From NCBI GenBank assembly GCA_002189035.1, contig CM007992.1, positions 1,488,001 through 1,552,000 on the forward strand: 64,000 nucleotides of DNA. The letters are read 5' to 3'. Source of the stretch: Utricularia gibba. Lineage: Eukaryota > Plantae > Magnoliophyta. Shown here in pieces: positions 37,700 to 50,955 of the stretch. A program made the translations under genes and the position numbers. The number at the start of each line of letters is the position of its first letter. Position 1 is the first letter of the stretch. The notes beneath the pieces are model-generated. The model was not told the origin of the DNA. It searched no databases and was given only the letters and a program-made list of their open reading frames with translations.

Positions 37700-40600
37700 A
37701 TGACGTAAAAGATGAAGATCAATATTCTTGAAATATTTCAGATCCCATTAGCTTAGTGTCTTGCATATTCTTCAAACATCAATAATTTGCATCAAAGAAG
37801 TTTGTCAATAATGATGTGATGGAATGCACTCTCAAAATTGGTCATGAATTTAAATCATGTAAAGTGCAATAAGGAATGTATATCGAATACTTTTGCAATA
37901 AAATGAAAGAACAGGGATGCAAATGGTGCTTTTGTTGTGCATACTTTACTCATGATTGAAGCTGAAAAATAACAATAATTGAAGACCCACACACCTATAG
38001 TTGTCTACATCTACAATCATTATCCATCAAAATATTACTCTATTGTATATCGTTAAATGTGCTAAATCTCTTCTTGAAGTCGATAGTGGTATTAAAGCAA
38101 AAGTTATTCAACAATTTATTAAAGAGAAGTTAAAATATGATATCTTGTATTATCGAGAATGTATGGCTTACGAAAAGGACATGGGAGTCATATCTTCTCC
38201 TTCTTCCTCAACTCCTATTAGAAGTGCAGTTACGAAACTTCAGCATAGTTGTGGAGTATAAATACAAACAAGCCAAACATCTATGATACGAAAACTTTAA
38301 AATATATTCTTTTGATCTTTTGCACAATGATTTTAAGCATTCCATTGATAGTAATTGGTGATTATTGTTACTGCTACTCATCTCTATCCATAATATTCTT
38401 ACAAACTATTGATTGCTATAATAGTGGATGACTTCAGTTTTATTTTGCCACTTGCCTTTGTAGTTGATGAAAGTGAAAATGATGATTCATGGTAGTGGTT
38501 TATTCAACTGTTGGAGCAATATGTTGTTGATAATAGAGCATGTTGTATTATATCATATCAATGTTCATCTATGAAAAATGTAACATCAAAGTAAGCACAT
38601 TCATGCTTGAGTATTGAGATTCACATCGACATTACATACGTCATTTACAATCTAATTTTCTCAAAAAATATGGAAAATATCCATGGATGTGACAACTATT
38701 TTTGAAAGCTGTACACATAATGCCAATAAGAAAATTTTATAAGAATTTTATAAAAAAATATGGAAAATAAGAAAATTATTTTTGAAATAATTTTATAAAT
38801 TAATAACATAGTATCAATTGGCAGCGCAATTGTATTTTAAATTTTAAATCATTTAAAGCTATTAATGATATTTAGATGTTCATTATAAGTATTAAGCAAT
38901 ACCTAAAACCACCTTGAACACTGCTTATATATAACAAGTGATGTCTAGGATAATTTGAACATTGCTTATAACAAGTAGCGATCAGAGCATCTTAGGCACT
39001 ATTTATAAGTAGCACCCAAATAGATAATGTTCATTATTTTATTACTAAATTTTACAACAATACATTGTAATAATATTTAGGAAAAATACAATCTAAATAA
39101 ATCATTTATTACTAATAAAATTAATGATAATATAAATGATCATTTTTAGCAAAAAATTTTTAAAAAAGTTAATGAAACACACTTACCCAAATTAAAATTC
39201 TCTATTTATCTCTCCTCTCTTTCTCCCCTCAATCACATTCCTTTTCTTCGATTTCCTTGCTCTTCTTTTTCTTCTTCTTCACCTCACTGTAAAATTGTTT
39301 TTATGTCTTAATTTTTGTCCGGCTATTTCTACAATTTTCACCAAAAAAATAGGGTTTCTATCAAGGTATAAAAGTTGTCCTACATATCTATATTATCTTT
39401 TCTTGTATATAATGTGTTTTCAATATAAGATAAGGTAGACATAGAACAAATTTTAGATGAATTGCCTGAGTGTGTTGATGTTCATGCTTTTATCATCAGT
39501 ACCGAGTATTTCAGATTTAGATTGAGATTACCAATTCAATATTTTATCCATTTGTTATTTTGTTCAGTGCATATTCTACTATCTCATTTAAATCACCTTC
39601 CATCAATAATATTATCACCTTTATGAATTTATATGAAGATGATGGGTTTCACTTCATGTTAATGTATTGTTTGACATCCAAAGTGCTTCAAAGTTTCCCA
39701 CATAAATCACTTTACAATATTATTGAAGGTTGTAATTAAAACTATCACAACTTCATGAAATTCATATAGAAATTGATAGATTAGTTTCATGTGAATCACT
39801 CCACAAGAAGATTTGATGATTAGGATAATTAGACAAATATCAACCTCGTCAAGTATTGGAAGACTAATTGTTAAGAATATTTTCTTTGTAAATATCTTTT
39901 GATTCAATTAATTTTCTTGTATTTTCGATTACTAAATGTTTCTATTGTGAGGTGTGAAACTTTTAGATGAAAAGGATAAAGAATGGCTTGTAACATTGGT
40001 AGAAGAAAAAGACATATGATGAATAGATATTGAACCACCAGTTGCAAATTTTAAAAGCTAAATATACTATGCATACTCCTTGTAAGATAAGTACTATGCA
40101 TACTTGGCCAAAAGAACATGAAGTCCATGAACATGAATTATCATGTCCTCGCGAACACGAGAAAGAAACCATAGGTTTGTTTGCTCCTCAACAAATGAAT
40201 GACAATGATATTATCCAAATGCGTTTAGCGCCTTAAGCAACCATGAGTGAAATTGCACAACTGAGGAATATTATCTAACAATATGAAATAAGATACCCGA
40301 TGTTCATTCATGAGGATGTTGATGCTTCAAAACTTATGATAGAACATTGGTGATATTAATTGTCTACTTACTGATGTCGTGTCTATGGACAAAGGATGAG
40401 TGGGTGGAAGACCAAATTGTATCATTGAGCATCAAGCAAGTAAGTAGCATAATATATCTTACCTCTCTAACTACATGTATAATAGTAATGTTTGTTTTCT
40501 ATTGCAATTTATCTCAGAACAAATTGTATCAAATTTCTAGATTGGTGCATGAAAATGTTTGACGTTACATTTTGGTCCTCGCAAAGAGAGTAGGTTGAAA

Positions 40601-41500
40601 TATTCATTAAAATATTCATCACTTTGTTTCTTTGCATTACACTCGTACATAAAATAATTGACCATAATATGGGGAGTTGCAGCCATCGAGAGGTTGTATT
40701 TTGGTGTGGAATATACATTGACGAGAGTTTCAACGCTATTAATTTTAAGCACTTGCGACATATTTGGGATGATGGTACAATGTTCAATCATCGTTATAAT
40801 ATAAATAATACATTATTGATTTATGATTTATTGAAGAAATTGCTTCGAAATCTGGTAATACAAAATTTTGTTTTATACAACTAATAAAAATTCATTATTT
40901 TTAATTTCTTTTTACAACATTCAATAGGTGAACAATGCAATATTTTGCTTTTCTTACAAGATGAAATCAAGGAATGATAATGTCTACAAAGTGATGAGTG
41001 CATTTGATTATTTTTTGAAAGATTATATGAAACAAGTGATAGATGTGTCTAGCTATTTGGAAACATTTTGATGTGAGCAACATCTAATTGTATAAGGGCA
41101 TCAGCATTGAGAGCTATACAAATATCTGAAATACAAGTATATCTAAATATTTTGTATTAAGGAAATTGTATTAGAGGAATTGATTATTATAATTCTATTA
41201 TACAAAACAGAGGATGTTCTACATTTATGTAGTTTTGTTGCATTAACTATGGTTTTAATCGAAAGAATCTTTAGATATTATTGATCTCTTCTTTTTTATA
41301 TTAAAAATATATCACTCTCGCGAATTTCAGTGATTCTTGAGGAGTGCATAAACAAAAATTAATAATAGGCATCCATTTTTATTTTTGGCCGTTGTGTACT
41401 TCACTACATAGCTCACAAAACTCTAGTGTATCGAGTGGTCACTATGCAGAAATTGTATAATTCTTCTGGGTTATGGTGATTTTGAAAATGTAGAGGATGC
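37700..41500 (+). mobile_element. Highly decayed Mutator-like element
   Basis: ECTLKIGHEFKS (~37820), LPLAFVVDESENDDSW*WFIQLLEQYVVDNRACCII (38440-38550), RHYIRHLQSNF (~38630). Boundaries, TIRs and TSD not resolved. Confidence 0.65.
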
Positions 41501-42139
41501 ATTTGATTTAAAAATCAAAATTGGGGGACATCACGTCTTTGATTTTGTCTAAACCACTTATTTCATATAAATAACAATTTTATTTTCTCATGTATAAATT
41601 ATATATATATACAATTTAATTTAATTATACAAATGTTCATAACATTCTTTAAGATAGTTGGTTAATCGGAAGAGTGTGTATTTATTTTTTGCGTTTGTAA
41701 AGTATTTGAGAATCCAATTGTATAAGTATATATTTTATGTTATTCAGTATAATACTGTGCAATTAAATACACAAAATAATAAAATTAAGTTGATTTCGAA
41801 AATGGATATTTAAAAGAAATTCAGTAATTCTGCAAATACACTGTTTGGAGAAATACTGATTTTCTTTAAATAGCCAAATTAAGGATGTCCATATTCTAAA
41901 TGATTTTCGGAAGATCATCTCTCAGATTAACCCCCTAGAACAATCAGTCAGCACATAAACTTCTAAATCATTTTCCTCTTGTACTATAAAGGCGGCGTAA
42001 AAGGTCTAACACTAGCAGTCAGTATTCTTAACAAAAATAAAAAATATATATATTTTTTATTTAAACTCAATAAAGCTATTTTGAATTTAGTTATATGTTT
42101 AGATTAACTTACTGTATTTAACTCAGGTTAAACCCATAT

Positions 42140-42340
42140 GAAAGCACGGCATAAATCAAGGCCTTGTTGTCGTCAATCTTCATGTAATCTCCATGTGGGC
42201 CCTCACCTCAATTTCAATGTTGGCGTACAAAATATCACCCCACTCACGGTTGGTGCCGTTGTTCATCGAATCCACTAGTGAGACTAACCCCTTGATTGCA
42301 ACTATACCTTAGCTGACTCTTGCCACAAGACCAACTGATT
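42140..42340 (-). repeat. Dispersed repeat, copy A; possible Gypsy retropepsin relic
   Basis: Direct match to 52735-52840 (AATGTTGGCGTACAAAA..ATCGAATCCACTAGTGAGA); minus-strand translation LVGFDEQRHQP*VGDILYANI weakly resembles Gypsy aspartic protease. Confidence 0.5.
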
Positions 42341-45200
42341 AGGGATGCAGCCAAAGGGACTGGATGCAGTGTTTAATGTAGAAACCCACTTTTAGACAAA
42401 CCTTACTATTTAATTCCAATTATGTATTTTGGACTAGCAATTAAAATTCATTTGTTTTGTGTGGATCAACCTAAACTTATTACTGTTATATTAATTTCTT
42501 TACGAATGGTATGTGAATTGTTTGTTCAGTTTATGAATTATTTTTGATAAAGAAAATCTTTAAGTTTGTGTTTTATAGAATTTTTCATCCACCAATGGTG
42601 TTCATGATTCCCAATATCTAGCTTCCAAAATCTCAAATGACAACTGATGTTGTGTCACATTCTATCATATTTGAGTTAATATTAGTGTTAGAATGTTAGG
42701 ATTGTGTGAATTAGAATGGAAAAAATGTCAAAACATGCGTTAGTTAAAATATTTACCTTAAAAACGTGTGTTGAATCTTTTTTCCCTTAGTCCAATAGTA
42801 GGGTGGGCCATTTTTTCTGACCAATCTGCAAAGTTGTTTTTAGTATAGGGATACGACATGAATTGCAAGTATGCTATTAAGTGAGAGACAAGCAAGATTA
42901 GCAGAAAAGAAGGAAACAAGCGAATGAAGAAATAATAACATGGGGCGGCTGGCACAAAGGGGAGTGAGTGAGTAGGGGAAGAATATCTTCTCCTAGAGGT
43001 TTTTTTTTTTTTTTTTTTTTTTTTTGGCTACCATGTAAGAGTATTTATAGAGTGACATTGAAACTAATCTTCAATGTCCAGGAGTCTATCCAATACCTAA
43101 ACCCAAAACACGGAATCCTAAGAATCTGCACTTTGAAAAGACTAAGATAGGGAGAACACTAGATTTGAAGAAGCGAACTGACATTTTAATTTTATTGCAA
43201 ATATTATTTCTTGCATTTTATTTCATGAACTTATACGGTATTTCTATTTCATGTTGTTAACATTCAACGTATTCGAATGTTCTCATCAATTAAGCATGTT
43301 TGCTTAATTACCTTTGTTACTGCTTTTGTATGCAAACTTAGAACCCAGAACCTTGAGATAAATATTAATTTATTCTAATGCAGTTTAGTTCAAGATTAAG
43401 TGAAATGACCATTGTTTGTCACTTAAAATACCGATTTACATATTCTATTTCTCTGCTTTCAGATTAAGAACCGGTAGACGTTTTTTAAAAAATATAGTTA
43501 AGAATAGAAACCCATTTCTAAACAAGTCTCATGTTTAATCTCAATTACACATAGTACTATCAACTGAAAACCATTTTCTTTCTGTATTCAAAATGTGGAT
43601 TGTTTTTTCAGTCAATAAATTATTTTTGTGGGAAAAACTTTTAGGACTGCGATATCTATATAACTTTCCAACCATCAGCAACATCATAGGGATGATTTTT
43701 AGTTGGATTTGTTGTTGGAGTTGGACTGGTTAATAAAGTTCTTTGCAACATTAGGATACGTTAATCAACTAAGGGTAGCTTGGGCATATGTTTGATTGCA
43801 GATAGTTGTCCAACAACGAGCAGTGAGTCATTCATTTGGCGATGAATGGAGAACTACATTTGAGGCTATTCCCAATGCTCCAAAAAACTCTTGCAACCAT
43901 TCCAAGATCAATGGTCACAACCATAGGGACAGCCATCCTTCTTAGAATGGAGATGCTACTAGCAATGGTTCGAACCCTAATAGATGCTGCACTCCTAATC
44001 AGTAGCCTCTTGTGCCCCCATCGGGCTCTGGTTACAAGTTTTAGAATAGGTGCATAATTGATAAATAAAAAAATATGAGTTGTTGGAATATTAGAACTTT
44101 CATATCAAAAAAATTATAAGATCTAATTTTTAACAATAAAAATCAAAAGAGATGGTTGATTAGAATAAGGGTAGATTTTCAAGGCTAGTGGTCAGAGGCT
44201 AGTAAAATGTGAACAGAATTTGCAAAAAAAATATATGATGAAATATATCAGATTAAAATACAAAAAAAGATAAAGATGACACCTCAAGGTTCCAAAGATA
44301 CTTTATACTATTCTAGGTTCAACCAAATATAATCCTTTTTATTCTACAAGAAATTTAGGTCTACATAAATCTTTTTTCTACCCCAACTTTGATGTACCTT
44401 TAGTTAGGTTTTATTTGGATAAACATATTACACTCCTTTCCACCTAAGTCTATGTTTATTTTAATAGGAAAAGAGTAAAAGATATCAATTATGAACTACG
44501 GCAAAGAGCAAGTTATCCATTTCTACCATAAAGGATCACTCATTTGTTTAATTACTTATCTAGTATGAAAATAAGATAAAAATAGAAAAGAGCATAGCAT
44601 CAAATGATGAAAAAAAAAAGATAAATCATAGGCTAAAACAGAACAAGTTTAAAATGAATGTGAGATGATGCATTTCTAGTATACTCCTAACCAGAAGTAC
44701 TTTTTCCTGCGGTTTGTTGTTTGGTTGAGCAAGTGAAAGATATTGTTATTCTTCTTCGCGATGCTCTTCAAAATCAAACTTCAGGTTCTTATAGTTTATT
44801 CTCTCTCGAAAGTCTCCCCTCCCATTCCTTGAAATTTTTTTTATTTGTTCCTCTTTTTCTTTCCTCATCTCCTTGAATCTGGTTATGCCTCATTACTCTC
44901 TCTTTCAGTTTTGTCTTCTTAAGCTTTCAATCTACTATCTTAGTATCAGAGTAGGGCATATTAAACGTGAACTTTCGGATGTAACTCAAAAGTGTGCTGT
45001 TATATTCAGACATACATGATTAGTTCAAAATTGGAACTAAATTACGGATTTAATCCCCAATTTGAACAAAACATTAAAATTAATCTAATATAAAAAATAA
45101 TTTTTTTATCTAAAAACCATAAACAATAATTTGTCATCAATAATTTCAAGAGATTGTCACCAACCCTATCCTATTCTTGGACAGGCAGAATAGGTCCACT

Positions 45201-45868
45201 TAGAGTTGGGTAATACCCGATTATTAGAATCAAATCTGATAGACCTGAATTATTTAAACGGATTTGGTTCTATATAAATACTTTTGGGTAGGGTTGAACA
45301 ACAAATTCAAGACCCATTAATTTTCGATTCGGGTTTGGTGTGTAGATGGTCAAACTCGACATACCGATATATTTGATTAATTAAATATATATATTTTTAT
45401 GCGAATGATTATTTAAAATATTTTTTATATGAGACTTCAACAAATGAGAAATAAAAAATAATAATAATTGAAAATGTATATATTTAACAGAAAAATTATA
45501 ATACCAAAAATTTTATATGAATAGAGTTAGTATTGATCAACTAGGATATTTTTATAGCTGCATAAAATACGGTATTTAAAATATAATAATATTTAATGAT
45601 CTTACTTTAAGGTTACAACAATTAACTTTGGATTTTTATTTTTCAATCATTTGAGATGTTTATTTTTAATAATCTTCAAACTATTTTTTATTTGTATGTA
45701 AAAAATTGTAATTTATAATTTATTATAAAAAAATCAAATGAATAATACATTACAATATTTCAAAAACATATTCAAATTAATATCAATTTAACCCCGAATC
45801 TGATGGATCCATGTAATAACGATCGATTCTGGATGTAATCAAACCAACCCGACCGGTGACCATCTCTA
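45201..45868. mobile_element. hAT-type non-autonomous element (MITE)
   Basis: Termini TAGAGTTGGGT.. and ..GACCATCTCTA; subterminal ACCCG/CGGGT motifs; AT-rich core; degraded 8-bp flanks GGTCCACT/TGTCCATG. Confidence 0.55.
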
Positions 45869-47060
45869 TGTCCATGTGTTTATGGCATGGTACTGCATAT
45901 CATTTGTAGATAAATGCGTGTGATTGTCTCACCCCGTTGTTCCACTGTCTACGGTTTTGTCATTTGTTGCACGGCACCACCAGACACCATTGCGGTTGTA
46001 AGTTTTGCAGTTTATCATATAAAAATTATAATCATTTATTTGAAAAAAAAATCAACTGTTTATAATATTAATTGGATTCAATCATAATTAAATTCTTTTG
46101 GTTCATAAATTTTTCGTGCAAACCGTTTATTGTTTTTTTTACTAATTTAATATAATTTTCAATATTTTTAACTTATGCATGTTTCTCATGATATCATCCG
46201 AATTTATATTTTAATTGTAGAGTACTTTTAAATATATGAATTAGAGATTGTGAATTGTATTTACATGCAAGAAATTGATGTAAACACAATTATGCCCCAT
46301 TAATTTTTTATACTAGCCTACCCAATAATTATGCGTGTCCTAATAAAAAAATGAAATGATAAAATGTTAGCCTGATGTTTTCTAGAAATCCTCTTCTCGA
46401 ATTTTCTGTGGGCGTTTTTACGAATTTTCCCTTTAAAAAATGGAAACCGGGTGGAGCTCCAGCAACAAATATTACGACTTCACAAACTCATTGTGAATAC
46501 ATTTGCTTCTGCACTGCATTTGCATTTCTGGAGTAGAGTAGATGAATCTTATCGTCTGGGAAAAATTATGAAAAAAAAAAAACAAACAAAAAGTGGAAGC
46601 CAATATAAGAAGGTGCTATTTTTTTGTTTTTGTTTTTATTTTATTTTATGGGGGTGTTGGTGAGCTGGAAACGAGGGAATGGGCGACAGGGGAAATGAGT
46701 TAAAACCAACTAAATATACGTGGTGTGCATGCAAGCTGATTAGGGCTCCTTGTCACCTGGGGAGTCAGTTCCCCACAGAATCTAAACTTGGTTTTCACAC
46801 ATTATATATACCTCGTGTGGATTAATCAACTTTATGAACAAGTGAAATCATCTTGGAACAACACCAGAAGGTATGGATCATTTTTTATGGACACATGGAA
46901 AAAAACATGAGAAACAATGGATAGTTCCAACAATCTAATACTAAAAAACATAGAATAATCAAACTAGATAGACTTCTTTAACAAGTGTCATGAAAATTAT
47001 TGACGAACTACTAGCCATAACAGCAGCACCAAAATCCAGATTTTGTACATGGGATGGTCT

Positions 47061-49461
47061 TCATTGGTTCATGTAGACAAGTCTTTTCATGCTCCATGAA
47101 CTCAGCTTTTGGATTTTCACTGATTCAGTACCGTTGTTGAAAACGTACAAGTGTGCCTCTTCAAAAATTGCTAAGATTGGATACACACGAGATGTTATCA
47201 CAGTCTTTCCTCCGGATGTAAAGCTCTCCACAACTGAGTGATCAATTTATTGAAGATAATGACAAATGCACCATCAAAAAAAGATGAAATAATGATAATA
47301 GATTTGCACTAAAAAATGAGATGACATTGTACCAAGCTCCTAAGGGAAAGACTCTTGTCCTTCAAGTCCACATTTACAAATCCTCCGAAAGATGGTCGAT
47401 ATGCATCGCTTCCTCCATCCATTTGTGATTTTCCACTAACCAATGTGGATCTAGAAGCATTAAACAATGAGACCTACAAAATAATTGACATATAATATAT
47501 AATTCAAGGATTAATAGATGTTGAGAGTAACTTGTAGCATCTGAACATAATAGAACTAAATATTGATTTTGATCCTTGAAAATTATCCCATCTTGGATCC
47601 AGAGGTTCAGCCTTGTCCAAATTATCAAAAGTAAAGGTGACATCAACATCAACTTGGGCGGGAGTGATGCCATGAATCTCAATTTGTTGTCCACTATGAA
47701 GATCTTTGTTGTTCAATTCCACCTTGTTTTTCCTTAGTGTTTCCACTTCCTTAATAGGCCATTGAATAAGTTGTCTCCCATTCGGATCCAGAACCAATGT
47801 TCGAGGAATCAACTGAAAAAAAAAAAAAATCAATTAGCATATGAATTTAAATACAAAAGAACTAGTTAATTAGGTACCTGTATACCGGCCCATCCCTTCT
47901 TAACATCATTTTCAGTAGTATCTGATTCATTTGCCCATCCCCACAAAATTCTTCGTTGCTTGCTAAGATCATAAAAAGATTTTGAAGCATAAAAGTTTCC
48001 ATAATCATACCTCAATCCATGCCACCCATCAATCAAATCCTCATCTGGAATATATTTATCCAAATCACGATGATATGTCCCAATGGTGTAATACTCATAC
48101 CTCGTAACATCAAGACTTACCTTCATCACATGCTTCACATTTTCCCCAAAAGCTGAAGTATCAAGTCCATTTCTTGTGGTAACAGAAACAGGGAAGAAAT
48201 CTGGGCACTCAAAATTGCCGGTTCCAGACACAGAATGCAATGGATGCTTCGCCTTGATCCATTGCTTGAAGTCTTTGCTCCGGTAAAGGAACGTCATTCC
48301 CCTATGCTTACGCCGACCACCAATGACAATTCTCCAGTGGCCATCATGACCGAACCATGCTGTAGTTGGATCACGAAAAGCGGTCTTGTTGATGGATTCA
48401 TCCGACACGATCAATGGATTATCATTGGGCTTTATCCATTCTCGAAGATAAGGATCTGAAAGATTAGCTGGAACAGCATAGTTTTGCACCTGAGTATTGT
48501 TTTCATCAACAATCCCAGTATAAAGAATGACCGGCTTATTTCCAGGGAGAACAGTTGCAGAGCCGGACCAACAGCCATAATTATCAAATGACTTTGATGG
48601 ATAAATGGCTGGTTCAAGTTTGATCCAGTTGATCAAGTCTTTCGAAACTGAATGAGCCCAGACGATGTTACCCCAAACCGCTCCTTTTGGATTGTATTGG
48701 TAGAAGAGATGATAAAATCCGTTGTAATACATTGGACCTGTTATTATTTAAAAAATGATCAAACTATTGAATAAACTGGAAAATATGCCAAAAGGTTAAA
48801 AGGAACGAACACTCACCATTGGGATCTGATTTTGTTTCCATTTTCCCAGGATCGTCATGTGGAGAAACAAAAGCATGAGCCCATTAGTTCATAAACCAAA
48901 CTTCCATCAACAAAAAAGTAAAATAGCAGAATGAAAGAACACATGGGGTACGGTTTTAAGACACAACTGGAAAAGGGGAAAAATGTTGCCTTTTAGGGAG
49001 GAAAGGAGGAAATGGTATCAGAATCCAAAAAAAAAAAAAAAAAAAATGCATGCATGCAATGAAATTGCCAAGTCATTGCTTATTCGGACTGGTTCAGAAT
49101 AAAATAAAAATGGCGTGTGTTTAATAGGGGGAAGGATGCCTCATTAATGCGGAGTGATGCCCTCGTGTGTGGTGTGTTCAGATTCTGGATAAGAATTGAG
49201 GTTTTCCAAAACAACAATATCTTCACAAAACTCATGCAGAAAGCGAAGCTAAAACATGAATTTGGTACCGTTAATCCAATGTCTTGAGGGTTGAAAATGG
49301 TATGCTGTCCGGTGCTCCTGCTTCACATTAGCGGCTACGACAGATTGCAGATTGGTGAATACATTGTGTGCCCCATGGACGCCATCTACGCTGAGCATCG
49401 CCAAAAAACACAGGGCCAAAACAAGGAAATCCCATCTCCTACCAGAAACTAGAAGCGCCAT
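47061..49461 (-). pseudogene. CWINV: Cell-wall invertase (GH32), copy 2: intact 5' half, damaged 3' half
   Basis: Exons 49461-49269, 48825-48817, 48737-47878 are open and in frame (354 codons). Exon 4 starts at 47812 but lacks 122 bp present in copy 1 (36689-36810); its donor GT is replaced by TTACTCTC; the last acceptor reads AATAA instead of AATAG (~47246). Exon 5 (47450-47333) and the last exon are themselves open. Confidence 0.92.
48817..48825 (-). other. 9-nt DPN mini-exon, copy 2
   Basis: ATCAG-ATCCCAATG-GTGAGT on the minus strand. Confidence 0.93.
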
Positions 49462-49544
49462 GAGTGGGAGGACGAATAAACCAGAAGCTAACCAGAAGAA
49501 TAAGGCTGAGTTTGGATGCTGTGAATCTGAAGAGTATTTATAAG

Positions 49545-50017
49545 GTAATAAGGCCTAGGTACCGCTACAATGGTCATGTTGTGACTTCGGATCTGCCACT
49601 GGCCATTGGCAATAGCTGGGCACACACGTGCAATTCGGTTTTGAAGTCAATCGAAGACAATCCTCTTGTCTTCCTAATTGTGCAAGGGGGAATCACATGA
49701 GGTTATTCTCATGCCTCATTGTCAATCAGAGTGTAAGGGAGAGTAGACTATTCTTTACTCCTATAATCAGCTATTTGGAAGAAATCAATGAAAACCGAGG
49801 CAAAGATAAACGAAGGAAAGAGATAGAATCTCATTCCCAAGAACTGCGTCCCGTAGTTAAAACTCATTACTTAGGTTTAACTTTTATTTCTACATTTCAC
49901 AAACCCTCTTTTGTAATATCGTGACATTTTGTAAAAGTTTATTACAAACATTTACATTTTTTTTTGGTGTTTTACGTTTTAAATATTTAAAATTTGTTGA
50001 GGAAACGACACGCAACA
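49545..50017 (-). mobile_element. Truncated LTR abutting the TATA box of invertase copy 2
   Basis: Minus strand begins TGTTGCGTGTCGTTTCCTC and aligns with the LTR starting at 63441 over ~470 bp, then joins CTTATAAATAC (49544-49534). Confidence 0.8.
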
Positions 50018-50319
50018 GGTTTATATGTTAGTGAACCTGAACAGTATTTCTAAGAAAATAACAATCAACATAATTTGTGGGAACAATTTTATGTTGGATT
50101 AGACTAGACGTAGGGCCAAGATGTGACCATCCAAAAAAGAATCTCATTTGGTTGCGAAAGAGGTGCTAAAATCTCTTCTGTTAGTTAAAGACCACAAAAA
50201 TTCCAAGTTGTTGAGATGGAAGGAAAGATTCCCATTTTTAACCTTATAATAGATGTATTTTCTTGTAATTTAATGTTTAATAATTCATTATGATCCAAAT
50301 CAAGATAAAGATATGGATT

Positions 50320-50495
50320 TTTTTCTAACTCGTTCAAATGAACATCTTTCCTAGGATAATTTTTCTCATCAATAAATTTACCCAGTTGACTATTTACAGA
50401 TTCTACCTCCCTTTAAACTCCAAAACTCGTCTCTCTTCTTCTCTTATAAATTCTGTTCACGTTCACTAGCATGCAAACCCAACCTCTTCTTCTTT
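50320..50495 (+). promoter_or_regulatory. Orphan remnant of an invertase promoter/5' UTR with no coding sequence
   Basis: Aligns with 29155-29325 (TTGACTATTTACAGATTCTA vs TTGACTGTTTACAGATTCTA; CTCGTCTCTC..TTCTCTTATAAAT; CAAACCCA); roughly three-quarters identical by eye. Confidence 0.7.
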
Positions 50496-50955
50496 TAATT
50501 TAGTATACAAAGAATTTATATTTCTAACATAGAAGGACCTAAAATCATACTTCAAAGGAAGAATTTTCTATTGAGGTTGACAGTGGAGTGTTGATACTAC
50601 TTATTTAGAATGTATGAAACATTATCATTATGTGAACTCTTATTAATAAACTTTGAACCCATATTAATTAATCAATTACCAATCTTGTTTTTTCATTGAA
50701 TTTAAAATTATGAAATATCCACTAGGGTTGATCTCAAGAGAAGAAATACAATTTTTACAATTAAGTAGTATTTCTTGGAGTTCCACTTAATTTCGTGTGA
50801 TTTGGTAAGATTTTATTGCAGAATACAGAGGCTGGATGTCGTTGCACTAGGCAAGACTGTGAGTATGACCTTTCCTGCTGTTATATGGTTTTCTGATGTT
50901 CCCGTCTCTGTTTCTGAAGATCAAAATCAGCGTCGGTTGCCGCTCGACTGAGAGA

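Noticed and set aside
43690-44960. Zinc-knuckle-like relic (minus strand) and PBS-like TAGTATCAGAG at ~44941
   Set aside because: Probably retroelement debris, but no boundaries or second LTR could be supported.
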